The translations under genes and the position numbers were made by a program. The notes under the pieces were generated by a model that saw nothing but the letters and a program-made list of their open reading frames with translations, ran no database searches and was not told the origin of the DNA. 64,000 bases of DNA from Eledone cirrhosa (Eukaryota): contig OZ024748.1 of NCBI GenBank assembly GCA_964016885.1, positions 15,934,001-15,998,000 of the forward strand, written 5' to 3'. Of the stretch, positions 24,040-37,932 are shown piece after piece; within the stretch, counting starts at the first letter, position 1; every line of letters begins with the position of its first letter.

Positions 24040-24217
24040 CAGTAAAGGCTTTATCTTACATAATTATCTCACATAATATTGAATCTATGAGATTTTGATG
24101 TTATCTATTTTGAGAACAATACTTTAATGTAGGTATGAGCAGCCAGTTACAGCCAGCTTGAACAAGAGGTGAGAGAATTCTGGCTGGATATGGCTGGTTT
24201 AAATGCTAAAGGGTTAA
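24040..24217. mobile_element. Probable piggyBac-type MITE right end
   Basis: Ends in AAATGCTAAAGGG|TTAA (CCCT terminus with TTAA). Confidence 0.4.
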
Positions 24218-24805
24218 ACTGTTCTTGGTTCAATGATACTAAGTAGTTTATTTTGATTTATGTTTGTTTAAAATCTTTCCATCATAATTTTATAAAGGAA
24301 TCTTTTCTTTATTAAGTTATCCTTCAAACCCAGTTTAAGAACAAATAAGTTACATCGTTACTACACCCTTCCAAATGTTTTATTATTTTCAAAATGGTGC
24401 AGTTTCTGGTGATTTGTATGAAACTAGTTAATTTTATACTAAATTTATCCTGGAATTTCAAAGAATTCAACTTTCACTTTCTGTCAATGTAATTTGAATC
24501 TAAACTATTAAATACAAAAACGTGTTTTTAAATTTCATATTTTAAAAATTTCAAACATATTTTAAAAGATTATAAAATAGATATTTGAAATAAAGTTTAT
24601 ATATATTATAGATGTCTCAGCAATACAATTAGCAGATATAATGTGACATAAATGTATGTGAATATAATCGGCAAAAAAAATAAAATAATAGATAACAAAA
24701 ATATAGAAAGAAAATGCAAAGTTTACTTAAGACATAAAATAATATATTTATTCATTTATATTTATTTATATTCATGTATATATATATTTATTTATATATA
24801 TGTAT

Positions 24806-24842
<37 letters not shown>

Positions 24843-25377
24843 CTTATTTATATCTTATAAATTTATTTATACATGCAAATGTGGAGAAACAGATATAAAA
24901 ACATTGATGATGATGATAATGATGATGATAATGATGATGATGGCGATGATGACATTGACGATCATGATGATTTATTTATATTTTATTCATCGTTACTAAT
25001 AGTTCCTTTTTTTTTGTTGTTGAGAAAACATGACAACTTGGTATCAAGCAAAAGGTTTTTCTCCTAAATAGTTCTTGCTAGTTTCTGATTAAATTTCCTC
25101 ATACATTTTGATTATCTGGTATTTTGTATTATATTTCTCATTATTTTAACACTCTTACAGTCCTCATCAGTATCTTTTATTTTGCCATTTCATCAATCAT
25201 TCTCCTTCTGATATTATTTTTCTGACAATTTCTAAAATTATAAATTCACAGTTATTTACTTTTAACACAAATACTTCAAAAATTCAACTTAACTATTTTT
25301 CTTTTTTTGAAAATGTTCATTCTGTTACCAATATTTTAAACATTCCACTTATACATACATATACTTTTACAATTTTA

Positions 25378-25600
25378 CAGGTTTGAGTCATTAAACTGTG
25401 GTCATGCTGGAGCACCACCTCGGTTTAGGCAATGATAATGATCCCAATACATACATATTTATTTATTTCAAATCTGGTACTTGATTTATCAATCTCTTCT
25501 TTTTTTTGTTTGTTGAACCAGTAAGTTATGGAATTTGAATTCAAACAAATATAACCATAGTCATAGACAGAGAGAGGAAGTGAGAGTGTGTGTGTGTGTG
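25378..25600 (-). mobile_element. Degenerate octopod-type SINE; orientation uncertain
   Basis: GTTTGAGTCATT..ACTGTGGTCATGCTGGAGCACCACC..GGTACTT..TAAGTTATGG resembles, from recall, an abundant Octopus SINE. Confidence 0.45.
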
Positions 25601-25689
25601 TTTAGGGCCTATTAGAGGGGTGGGGGGCGTCAAGCAGACACATTGTTCTGGGGACCAACGAGCTAAGAAGGCCCCCACAGCATCCATGC

Positions 25690-26220
25690 AACATCCATTT
25701 TGAGAAAAATCTTTGCCTCCTTTGGACCCCAAAGCGGTCTTGTACCACCTTGCAAAATTTCTCTTGGAGACCCTGTGTGTGTCCCCTCAGACATGTCTTC
25801 CAGGGTTTTCTATCGGAAGCAACTGTCTACAAATCATTCAGCTAGATCCCCAAGTGAGACTAACTAATCTTATGGATGTTTTCCAACCATTTTACTTGTT
25901 ATCTACCTCCAGATCTCCTGCTAGTTGGCTTTGTCCATAAAATCTGCTCTGCAATTTTATTTGAAATATTCTAATCACATGTTCATAGTACTGGAGCTGT
26001 GATCTCTTGATGTGGAGAAGTATCAGTTCTACCTGGAGCGACTCTCTGACCTCCAAGCTATGCACCCTATCAAGTCACATTACTCCACAGACCCTCTTTT
26101 TGGTAACTTGTATTCAGACATTATACAAGATTCATAACCATAGGTATAGTTAGACCTGAATATTGAATTGAAGATAGTGAGTTTGGCTTTTACACTTAGC
26201 TCATCCCTTCTTCCGATGAC
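25690..26220 (-). mobile_element. Highly degenerate LINE (probably RTE) fragment
   Basis: GC-richer non-simple sequence with weak RTE C-terminal-like peptides on the minus strand. Confidence 0.3.
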
Positions 26221-26239
26221 CAAGTGCTGAAACTGGTGC

Positions 26240-26560
26240 ATTCTTACAGTATCAGTAGAGTGTTGGACAGCATGCTTTGCCTTTCATACATATGGAGTCA
26301 ATAAAATAAAGTACCAGTAATATACTAGGATAATTGCTGGCCTTGTGCCAAAAGTAGAAATAATTATTGCAGTGGATTGGCAGGAGATAAAGCAATAGAC
26401 GCTATGCTTTGCAGTATGGAGTTACAGCCCTTTATGTTCTCTTTGCTTTTCATCATTTTGGGGTCGATAAAATAAAGCACCAGTAATTCGCCAGGGTCGA
26501 TTTAATCGACTTCCCTCTCCTCTTCAAATTACTGGCCTTGTGCCTAAATAGAAACAACTA
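26240..26560 (+). mobile_element. Two head-to-tail SINE family A copies
   Basis: Core and tail motifs twice. Confidence 0.75.
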
Positions 26561-26804
26561 TTGCACCAGTTCCAGCAATTATTGCATTTCATGACTTCAG
26601 CAGTTTCTGTCTACCAAATTGTATTCACAAGGTATTGAAAAGCTCAAGGTATTTAGAGAACATTCCCCCCCCCCCCCCAGGGTGCTGCACAGTGGGCCTG
26701 AACCCCGAAACACATGCAACATGTAGCAACATGCAGCAACATGCAGCAACATGCAACAGCAAATTTCCAATAATTAGAAATTTTATGTAAAAATGATGTT
26801 ACTG

Positions 26805-27682
26805 TTGATGATGATGATGACGATGATGATGGTGGTGGTGGTGGTGGTGGTGATGGTGGTGGTGGTGGTGGTGGTGATGGTGCTATTGCTGGTGGTATTA
26901 TTGGTGATGGGAAAGAAGAGGTGGTGTTGATGGGGATGATGATGATGATGATGATGGTGATGGTGATGGTGGTGGTGGTGGTGGTGGTGCTATTGCTGGT
27001 GGTATTATTGGTGATGGGAAAGAAGAGGTGGTGTTGATGGGGATGATGATGATGATGATGATGGTGGTGATGATGGTGATGATGGCGATGATGGCGATGA
27101 TGGCGATGATGATGATGGCGATGATGGTGGTATTGGTGGTGGTATAATTGGTGATGAAGGGGATGATGAGGACGACGATGATGATGATGATAATGGTGGT
27201 GTTGGTGGTGGAATTATTGGTGGTGGGTAGAAGAGGTGGTGTTGATAAGGATGATCTTAATGAGGAGGAGGAAGTAGAAGATTGTGATGATAAGGATGAG
27301 GAAGGAGATGATGATGATGGTGTTGGCAGTGGTAGTGGTGAAGATGATGATGATGGTGTTGGCAGTGGTAGTGGTGAAAATGATGATGATGGTGATGAAA
27401 ATAGTGATGATGGTGTTAGCAGTGGTAGTGGTGGTGATGATGATGATGGTGTTGGCAGTGGTAGTGGTGAAAATGATGATGATGGTGATGAAAATAGTGA
27501 TGATGGTGTTAGCAGTGGTAGTGGTGGTGATGATGATGATGGTGTTGGCAGTGGTAGTGGTGAAAATGATGATGATGGTGATGAAAATAGTGATGATGGT
27601 GTTAGCAGTGGTAGTGGTGGTGATGATGATGATGATGATGATGATGATAATATTGGCAGTGAAGATGAAAATGATGATGATG
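26805..27682. repeat. (GAT/GGT)n tract with higher-order 93-bp repeat
   Basis: GAAAATAGTG recurs at 27397, 27490 and 27583. Confidence 0.9.
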
Positions 27683-27921
27683 GCCTTATAACTTTTAACT
27701 CCAACTCTTAAGACACTTAATAATGTTGTTTTTTTTATCTTCTTTCAGCTACCAATATTTCAATCAAACATTTCTTCTCTTCTACAACATCTACTATCTT
27801 CTTTTTCTAATCATTCATCAGTTTTCACAGTTATCTTTCCTTTTCTTTTCTATTCTATTACAATGTATATCTCAAACACTCTTGCAAAATATAAATTTGA
27901 AATTTGTTCTCATTTCACAAC

Positions 27922-28016
27922 TATATATATATATATATATATATGTTTATATGTATATATATATATGTTTATGTATATATGTTTATATATATATATATAT
28001 ATGTTTATATATATAT

Positions 28017-28058
<42 letters not shown>

Positions 28059-28090
28059 GTTTATATATATATATGTTTATATATATATAT

Positions 28091-28134
<44 letters not shown>

Positions 28135-28287
28135 GTTTATATATATATATGTTTATATATATATATGTTTATATATATATATGTTTATATATATATATAT
28201 ATATGTTTATATATATATATATATGTTTATATATATATATATATATATGTTTATATATATATGTTTATATATATATATATATATGTT

Positions 28288-28320
<33 letters not shown>

Positions 28321-28356
28321 GTTTATATATATATATATATATGTTTATATATATAT

Positions 28357-28394
<38 letters not shown>

Positions 28395-28426
28395 TTATAT
28401 ATATGTTTATATATATATATATATGT

Positions 28427-28477
<51 letters not shown>

Positions 28478-28500
28478 TGTGTGTGTGTGTATATATATAT
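27922..28500. repeat. (TA)n with periodic TGTT interruptions
   Basis: Directly visible. Confidence 0.95.
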
Positions 28501-29149
28501 AAACATGTTATAAATGGCTTCACTACCAAATTTAAAATAGCACTCAAAGTTAAAAGTTTGTCTACTTTGGTGCCTGGCAAATTACACCATTATAAAAGCA
28601 CCAAATAGATAGGTTGGTTGATTTGCCTGGTGAGAATTTCAGAGAGGTATATTAAGTTTTCATGCTCACAGCAAGTACAACAACAACAACAATAACAACA
28701 ACAACAACAACATTCATAAATGAACCAATTATACTTTCCCTAGGTATTCACTAACTTAAACTGTATACATGAGAGCTAGTTTATGACCTAAAGCAGCATA
28801 TAATAAAATTGCAATACTTATCGATAGTTACAAGACAAAACTGATTGTAACATCCGTGAACAACAGAGATATTTCAATAAAAACTTTGAAAATTATCTAA
28901 GGTCAGTAAAAATGTCACAATTTCTCTGCAGTACAGTTTCCTATCAAGAAGACATATATAGAAAGCAACAGTAATACGTGCATATTTCATCTTTTACAAA
29001 TATTAAATAGTCGATACAGACTAAAATAACCCAAGAGATATGCAACGTGTTGTAATTAAATGATAGCGGTGAGTGTTAAGAGAGTTAAATACAAAAGTTT
29101 CAGGCGTCGGCAACAGCAAAACGATGGAAATTCTAAACTCCAAAATACA

Positions 29150-29625
29150 GATCATCATCTTCATCATGTATGTCATCATCATCATCATCATCATCATCAT
29201 CTTTTATCATCTTTATCATCATCTTTACCATCATTATCATCATCATCACCTTTATCATCTATATGATGATGATCATCATCTTTATTATCTTTATCATCAT
29301 CTTTAACATCATTATCATCCTTATCATCATCATCACCTTTATCATTTATATGATGATGATGATGATGATGATGATCATCATCATCATCATCTTAACCATC
29401 ATTATCATCATCATCATCATCCTCACCATCATTGTTGTCACTATCTTCATCATCTTTTTCATTATCTTAATCATCATCTTTATCATCATCATCATCATCC
29501 TTATCATCATCATCATCATCACCACCATCATTATCTTCATCATCATCATCATCTTCTTTATCATCATCATTGTTATCATTATACTCATCATCATCGTTAT
29601 CATATCATCAACATGATCATCATTT
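29150..29625. repeat. (CAT)n tract
   Basis: Directly visible. Confidence 0.95.
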
Positions 29626-29842
29626 TATATTCTTTCTCCATGCTGGCATAATTTGGACAGGTGATCATGGCCCAAGGTCAAACAAGTTAGAGAGACATTA
29701 TCTTACACATAGATCCCATAGTTGGTATGGTTTCTACAGCCAATCATCTCACACAGTGTACTGGGTCTATTTTAACATAGAACCAGCAATATTTTACAGA
29801 GTGTACTAGGTTTTGTGCCACAACCTAGCAATTATTATAGTG

Positions 29843-30125
29843 GAGGTGTGTGTGGTCTAGTGGTAAGGTTGCTGGACTTATGATCATAATGTTGTGGGTT
29901 TGATTCCTGGACTGAATTGCATGTGGTGTTCTTGAGCAAAACACTTCATTTCACGTTGCTCCTGTATACTCAGTTGAAAATGAATAACAGCAGCAATAAC
30001 TGGGGGTTTAACCCAGCAATGGACTGGCATGCTGTCCAGGGGGAAGTCTTGTACTCTCAGTCGCTTCACGCCACAGAAACTGGGATAAGTACCAGCCTGA
30101 TGAGCTTCTGAGCTTGAGACAGAGC
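29843..30125 (+). mobile_element. SINE family B, full length
   Basis: Homologous to 19604-19860. Confidence 0.8.
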
Positions 30126-30139
30126 CTAGATATGTTTTA

Positions 30140-30385
30140 GAGATTAGAACTGAGTCATGCCAATCATCTTGGGACACTAGGCACAGTCCCTAAATGCCTT
30201 ATATATTTCATGAAAAGCCTTGGGATATTCAAGTTCATAAATAGTGACCAAATTACTGACATCACTAGCACTGCCAGAATCCTACATGATATATTGAGTC
30301 TCTGAGATTAAGGACTGATCTGAGGCCAATTAACACACTACACCTAGCAACCAATTGCTAGAGAAACCTTACAACAAGAACAACA
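30140..30385 (+). mobile_element. Degenerate R4/Dong-type LINE 3' end (third family)
   Basis: Manual translation VMPII(frameshift)GTLGTVPKCL..ITSTARILHDILSL*, followed by a short UTR and ACAACAAG tail. Confidence 0.55.
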
Positions 30386-30427
30386 AAATTATTATTACTA
30401 TTATTATTATTATTATTATTATTATTA

Positions 30428-31062
30428 CACCAAAGTTAGCTTTGCCTTTCATCATTATGAGGTTGATAAAATAAAGTGCCAGTAACCTACTGGGGTTGAT
30501 TTAATCAACTTTCCCAAACATTGTTGGCTTTGTGCCTAAATCAGAAACCATTATTACTATTATTAAGGGGTCCAGGTTAACTTTACCTTTCATCCTTACC
30601 GGGTCGATAAAATAAAGTACCAGTAATGAACTGGTTAATTGCTGGCCTTGTGCTAAAAGTAGAAACAATTATTATTATTATTATTATTAAGGGTGGTAGA
30701 TGGGCAGTATTGGTTGAGCATCGAACACCATGCATCACGGTATAGAGTTACGTCCCTTTACGTTCTGAGTTAAAATCCCATCGAGGTTAGCTTTGCCGTT
30801 CATCCTTAAGGGGTTGCTAAAATAAAGTACCAGTAATGCACTGGGATAATTGCTGGCCTTGTGCCAAAAGTAGAAACAATTATTATTATTATTACCATGA
30901 GATTGGCAGTATCGGACGCCATGCTTTGATGCATAGAGTTACGGCCCTTGCCATTCTGAGTTCAAATCCTGCCGAGGTTAACTTTGCTTTTCATCCTTAC
31001 GGGGGTAGATAAAATAAAGTACCAGTAATGCACTGGGTAATTGCTGGCCTTGTGCCAAAAGT
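30428..31062 (+). mobile_element. Array of four SINE family A copies separated by (ATT)n
   Basis: Core repeated near 30440, 30580, 30790 and 30983. Confidence 0.85.
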
Positions 31063-31514
31063 ACCCTAAGATATCCTGCCTTCGTTTCAGTGGCATCAAA
31101 CACAATTCTCTGCTAACAACTGTGACTATCTTAATGTAGTTAGTTAGATGGTACTGGCAATTCAAATTCTTGCAATTTCAATCTTCATTGCAGTATATGT
31201 TGTTGTCATTTTAGTTATTGTTGTTGTTAATATTATTTGCACATTCACTTCCTGTTTTGCAAGGATTAATGATTTTAATTATAAAGAAATGTTAGCTAGA
31301 TATTTTTCATACAAATTTCTCGAAAGAAGCAACCATTTTTTATCAGTTTAATAGCCAGAACATTTAAGAAGATAAAATATTAATAGAGAATAATAAAATA
31401 AAGAAAAGAAAAGAAATTACAAAGTTTAAATCATAGATTCAAAGTGACGTCTGCTTATCTACCTCTCTCCTACTTAGTTTGTTCGACAGCTATGACATGA
31501 TGCACGTATGTGTG

Positions 31515-31554
<40 letters not shown>

Positions 31555-31699
31555 TTATATTATTATATATGTGTGTGTCTGTGTGTGTGTGTGAATCTTT
31601 ATCACTTTCTATTACTAAGTAACAAAATGAACACGCACACACACACACACACATATATTTATGTATAACTTACGAAAGCATAGTAAATGTTAAATGGTG

Positions 31700-32495
<796 letters not shown>

Positions 32496-33419
32496 TGTAT
32501 GTAGATATGCAGATTAAAGTTTATCATGACAGCACATATAAAAGGTGGGCATTACATTTATGTTATAAATGTTGTAGAAAAAAGACAGATAAGTTATTAT
32601 CTGAATGGAAGTTACTGTCGAAGATGTTAAGACATAGAAAGAAAATAGGCCATTGAAGAAGATATTATTACCACAACAGAGAAATATATGTTATACAGGT
32701 ATTCATAGCAATGCTGTGTCTATCTTGTGTAGAATAGGTACACCATATCCCTATATGTTGTAAGAGTCGGTATCAGGAAGAGAATCCCACTATAAACCTT
32801 TGTCATAAAAAGAATCCCATCACAGAACTTCATTAAAACTGAAATAATGAAGAATATTATTGGTATATTTGTATAGAATACTCATTCTCACGTCTGTCAA
32901 CATCACACAGATATACAGAAATAAATATATCACAATGTCATCATCTCACCACAGAAATACGTATTATAGCTATTGTATAATTAAAGAAATTATGAAATCT
33001 AGCCTTTGTGTTGTATAATTAATATATGTATATAGGCAATCCAATCCAATCCAAGGCCTTCTCATTTATTCTGGAGGAGCCTTTGCTTGGTTAACTTCTG
33101 TCATGTTTGGTTTTGGTCATGTCTGTAGCTTAGCTGATCTAAAATTGCTGAAGTGCACTAAAGAGAGGTTGAATGATTGTGATAAACAAGGAACTGGTGT
33201 GCTGTAAAAAACACATCCAACCCATGCAAGAATGGAAAAGCAGACATAAAATCACACACATATATATATATATTTTGGAAAAGTAAATAATAACAACAAG
33301 GAGTACAGTTATGAAAGGTGTTAGGTATTAGGTTCACGCTTATATATATATATATATATATATCCTGAGACCATGCTGGGGCACCGTATATATATATATA
33401 TATGTAAGATGGATGTTTA

Positions 33420-33620
33420 AAAGACACAGCAAAAAGCACCCAGCCCACACTGTAAATGTGGTTGGCATTAGGAAGGGCATCCAGCTGTAGAAAACCAGCC
33501 AGAAAAACCCCTATTTGGGCAAAACACGGTCACCTGACATAACTTGCCTTAAAATAGGACCCGTCTTACCCATGCTAGCATGGAAGATGGACGTTAATCA
33601 ATGATGATGATGATGATGAT
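33420..33620 (+). mobile_element. RTE-tail SINE or RTE 3' UTR copy
   Basis: AAAAGCACCCAGCCCACACTGTAAA..TTAGGAAGGGCATCCAGCTGTAGAAA..(GAT)n. Confidence 0.8.
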
Positions 33621-33724
33621 ATATATATATATCCAAATTGACCGAATACATGTGCGTTTCTTTCTCAGTTTTTTTGTTTTTTATCTTATTCTGTATCCTT
33701 CTATTTCATCTTTTATTTCTCATT

Positions 33725-33770
33725 CTATCTTCTGAAGAAGGACTAGTGTCAGAAAGTTTAAGACTATTTT
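33725..33770 (+). ncRNA. Degenerate minimal hammerhead ribozyme motif (Penelope-type)
   Basis: CTGAAGA-A-GGAC-TAGT-GTCA-GAAA in a pyrimidine-rich, PLE-tail-like context. Confidence 0.4.
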
Positions 33771-33851
33771 CCAAGTATATCAAGCATAAAAGTAATATAT
33801 TTCTTCATTGTACTGTGTCGTTTGGTTTGCTATTTCTGTTTACATTTTACA

Positions 33852-34265
33852 TGGTGGCTGCCAACTCGATTTCGAGCACGGCCACTACTTTATATCCATG
33901 TAGGAGAACCCCTACCGATGCGCTGAACGAGTGTGACCTTTCAATACAGCCAGCGACTTGAAAACTCTGGTACAAACACTACACTTGTGACAATTATTGA
34001 CACATAGTGCTGGGCCCATGGTACCATGTGACAACAAGTGCAGAGAGATCTCCAGACATAAAGCAATGCCTGTGCCGTGAAGCTTTTATAGTGAGCAAAG
34101 GCACTGCATAAAGCCAGTCCCACTCTCTTAACCAAGATGATATTTACCAAAAAGAAGAACAAGTCAACATCATTGGATACCATCAGGGTTGCAGGTGTTA
34201 TATCAGAGTTTTCCTTCTCCTAGAATTCTGCCTTGACAAAGGCTAAGGGGTCATCTCTCCCGGAT
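33852..34265 (-). mobile_element. Dispersed repeat copy 2 with RTE-5'UTR-like motif
   Basis: Matches 12228-12575; the extra segment reads CTAGGAGAAGGAAAACTCTGA on the minus strand, recalled from RTE 5' regions. Confidence 0.65.
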
Positions 34266-34506
34266 GATTTTACATACACACATAGATAGACACACACACA
34301 TTTATATATATATACATCATTATCACCATCATCGCTTTTACGCCTGCTTTTCCATGCTTGCATGGGTTATACAGGAGATGACGAAGAACCATGACAAATG
34401 GAGTGATGCTGTGGTGAAAAAGACCAATCCGACCCTTGCAAGCAGAGAAAAGCGGACTTAAAATGATGATGATGATGACACATATATATATATATATTTT
34501 TTTGGG

Positions 34507-34720
34507 GGGACGATCGACTCTCGTCAAATCGGACCGAGGAAACAATGTTTCCGTTGGTCTTTCCATTTGCTAATACTATCTATCGGTCGCAACTCCAGGT
34601 AGAAGGAGCAACGTGAAATAAAGTGTCTTGCTCAAGGACATAACGCATCGCCTGGTCCAGGAATCGAACTCACAACCTCACGATTGTGAATCCAATTCTC
34701 TAACCACTCAGCCACGCGCC
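34507..34720 (-). mobile_element. SINE family C
   Basis: Near-identical to 12833-13057. Confidence 0.85.
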
Positions 34721-34812
34721 TATATATATATACGTTTAAATTTGGTGGTTCACCAGTGGGTAGAATTAGTCATTCTGCAATATTAACAGTGATGTAATAG
34801 TATTATATTATA

Positions 34813-35759
34813 CTAGCAGTAAAGCCCGGCGTTGCTCGGGGTCGCTCAGTAGCTGTGTTAAAGTTACAATGTTAAGTTTCTTTTTTGGCTTAAAAACTGT
34901 AGTGTCTACTGTGCAGACTTGCATGTGGTGTTTTTGATTAATATTCCCTCAAACAACAATATGCCTTATGAAGTTAAGAAAACATAACGATAGCCCGATT
35001 GTTATAACAAAAGAGGATGCTGGGGATAAAAACTGCACTGGTTATTTATTAACAAAGATCGAAAATGTAAACACTGCAACGCAGATAAAAACATTAGCGT
35101 AACCAAATTATCAGTTATGTCTGTCTGCACGCCTATATCACCTCTCTGCACGACTGTCTGTCTGCACGCCTATATCACCTCTCTGCACGACTGTCTGTCT
35201 GCACGCCTATATCACCTCTCTGCACGACTATCTGTCTGCACGCGTATATCACCTCTCTGCACGACTGTCTGTCTGCACGACTGTCTGTCTGCACGCCTAA
35301 CGACGAAATATTTGCTTGTTTTACGTAGTCTTTAAATAGACTTGTTTTCAAGTAAAATATTGTTTTAAAATGCTTTTAAATGGAAATGAAGCAAAACGGA
35401 AGCTTAGTGTTCGAACTGATGAATTTTGCAGGTCAATATTTTGCTGGCTCGACAACTGTTCGTGTATTGTGTTAATGTCATTTTAAACGCTGAGAAAGCC
35501 AGCGTAATTTTTTACGTAAGACGCTCAATGTAAACAGAACAAAGGGAAATAACTGATAACTTACGCTCAAAAATCGATACATTATATTCGATTTCGTCAC
35601 ATAGGGTGGGTCAATTTGAAATATTTTTTTTCCGATGTCTTCGCTAGGGCTCAATGTACAAGTATAGCAATTTCGGTGCAATTCCGTGAGAGATTCTAAG
35701 AGGAGATGTGTGCCAAAAATCGATAGACAGACAGACAACCACAGTTTTATATATATAGA
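34813..35759 (-). mobile_element. Non-autonomous Helitron with both termini intact
   Basis: Minus strand A|TCTATATATATAAAACTG ... CCCGAGCAACGCCGGG hairpin ... CTAG|T, i.e. canonical TC and CTAG ends in an AT target. Confidence 0.85.
35118..35297. repeat. 37-bp minisatellite inside the Helitron (about 4.5 units)
   Basis: TGTCTGTCTGCACGCCTATATCACCTCTCTGCACGAC at 35118, 35155, 35192 and 35229. Confidence 0.95.
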
Positions 35760-35769
35760 TTATATTATT

Positions 35770-36212
35770 CGGTGGATTGGCAGTATTGGTAGAGGGTCGG
35801 ACGCCATGCTTTCCAGCATAGTTACGTCCCTTTACGATCTGAGTTCAAATCCCGCCAAGGTTGACTTTGCCTTTCATCCTTACGGGGTCGATAAAATAAA
35901 GTACCAGTAATGCACTGGATAATTGCTGGCCTTGTGCCTAAAGTAGAAACAATTATATTATTCGAGGTTAAGTTTGCTTTCATCCTTACGGGGTCGATAA
36001 AATAAAGTACCAGTAATGCACTGCCTAATTGCTGGCCTTGTGCCAAAAGTCGAAACAATTATATTATTATATTAGAGTTATGACCCTTTATGGTCTGAGT
36101 TCAAATCCCGTCGAGGTTCACTTTGCCTTTCATCCTTACGGGGTGGATAAAATAAAGTACCAGTAATACACTGGGATAACTGCTAGCCTTGTGCCAAAAG
36201 TAGAAACAATTG
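35770..36212 (+). mobile_element. Array of three SINE family A copies
   Basis: One full and two 5'-truncated units, head to tail. Confidence 0.85.
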
Positions 36213-36599
36213 TATATTATATATATATGATCGTTGAAATAGATATATATGTTTGTATTTTTTATTTATGAAGAATATATTTTACCACATCTAAATGAAT
36301 ATTCTATATATTATATTTTATACTACAAATCTGCCAGGAAATATATAAAATATATGAATATAGTAGCAATCAATACGAGTCTGATAACTTAATTTGGTTT
36401 CAGAAATATTTTCCTCATGTTTTATATCTAAAGTGTTGTAATCCAATACTAGAATTTTATGTTTAATTGCTGATGTATTTCAAATGATTGCAATACACTA
36501 AAATACTAAAAATTAATCGAAACCAAAACATATAGTATTAGAATTTACCAAAGCCAAATTTTGACATTTTTATAACACCATATTTTGGTTACTATTTAT

Positions 36600-36600
36600 G

Positions 36601-36662
<62 letters not shown>

Positions 36663-36797
36663 CATATATATATAGTGTTTGTGTATATGTGTGTATATAT
36701 ATATAGCGTGCATATATATATATATACTCATACATTACTAGCACAGATTAAAAGTTAAGCAAGCAGTTTCTGTTTTTGCTGTTTTATGGGAGCTTCT

Positions 36798-36839
<42 letters not shown>

Positions 36840-36984
36840 GGCATATATATACACACACATATATATACACACATACACATACATATATATACACACATAT
36901 ACATATATATACACACATATATATACACACATATACATATATATATATATATACATACATATGCATATATATACACACATATAC

Positions 36985-37058
<74 letters not shown>

Positions 37059-37723
37059 ACTTATATATATAATACATAATATATATATATGATATATATT
37101 CACATATTTATTATATATATAGTATGTATTTATATATTTATACACCTTTGTCTCCCTTCCCCTTCTCATTCTCAATATATATATATATATATATATTTAT
37201 TAATTATTATTTTTCTTGTATTTCATTTTTCATATTGTAGGAAAGGGCTTGCAGTTCTTTTCTTTTCTTAGTGGTTTTATTTTGGCTCAAATGTTCAAAC
37301 CATCTGTTAAGAACATCTCAGAAACATATACCATACCATACTATACCATTCTCTACTCTAACTTCCCATACCATCCCAGTACCTTACCGTCTTAGCATTT
37401 AATAACATTATTCAGTATATTTTAATCTATATAGTATAATATAATAATGTAATATAATATAATTATTGTTGTTTCACTAACAACTGTTGCCATCTTTCTT
37501 TGGATAGATACATTATATATACATATACACACTATATATATGTACACACTATATACACATATACACACTGTGTATATATATATATACATATACACACTCT
37601 ATATATGTACACAATATATATATGTACACACTATATACACATATACACACTGTATATATATATATATATATATATGCATATACACACTATATATATGTAC
37701 ACACTATATACACATATACACAC

Positions 37724-37763
<40 letters not shown>

Positions 37764-37831
37764 CATATACACACTATATATATGTACACAATATATATAT
37801 GTACACACTATATACACATATACACACTGTG

Positions 37832-37863
<32 letters not shown>

Positions 37864-37882
37864 CTATATACGCATATACACA

Positions 37883-37932
<50 letters not shown>

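Noticed and set aside
26898-27711. Asp/Gly/Ser-rich ORF resembling an acidic biomineralisation protein
   Set aside because: Trinucleotide-repeat tract open in several frames, with no splice signals or unique domain
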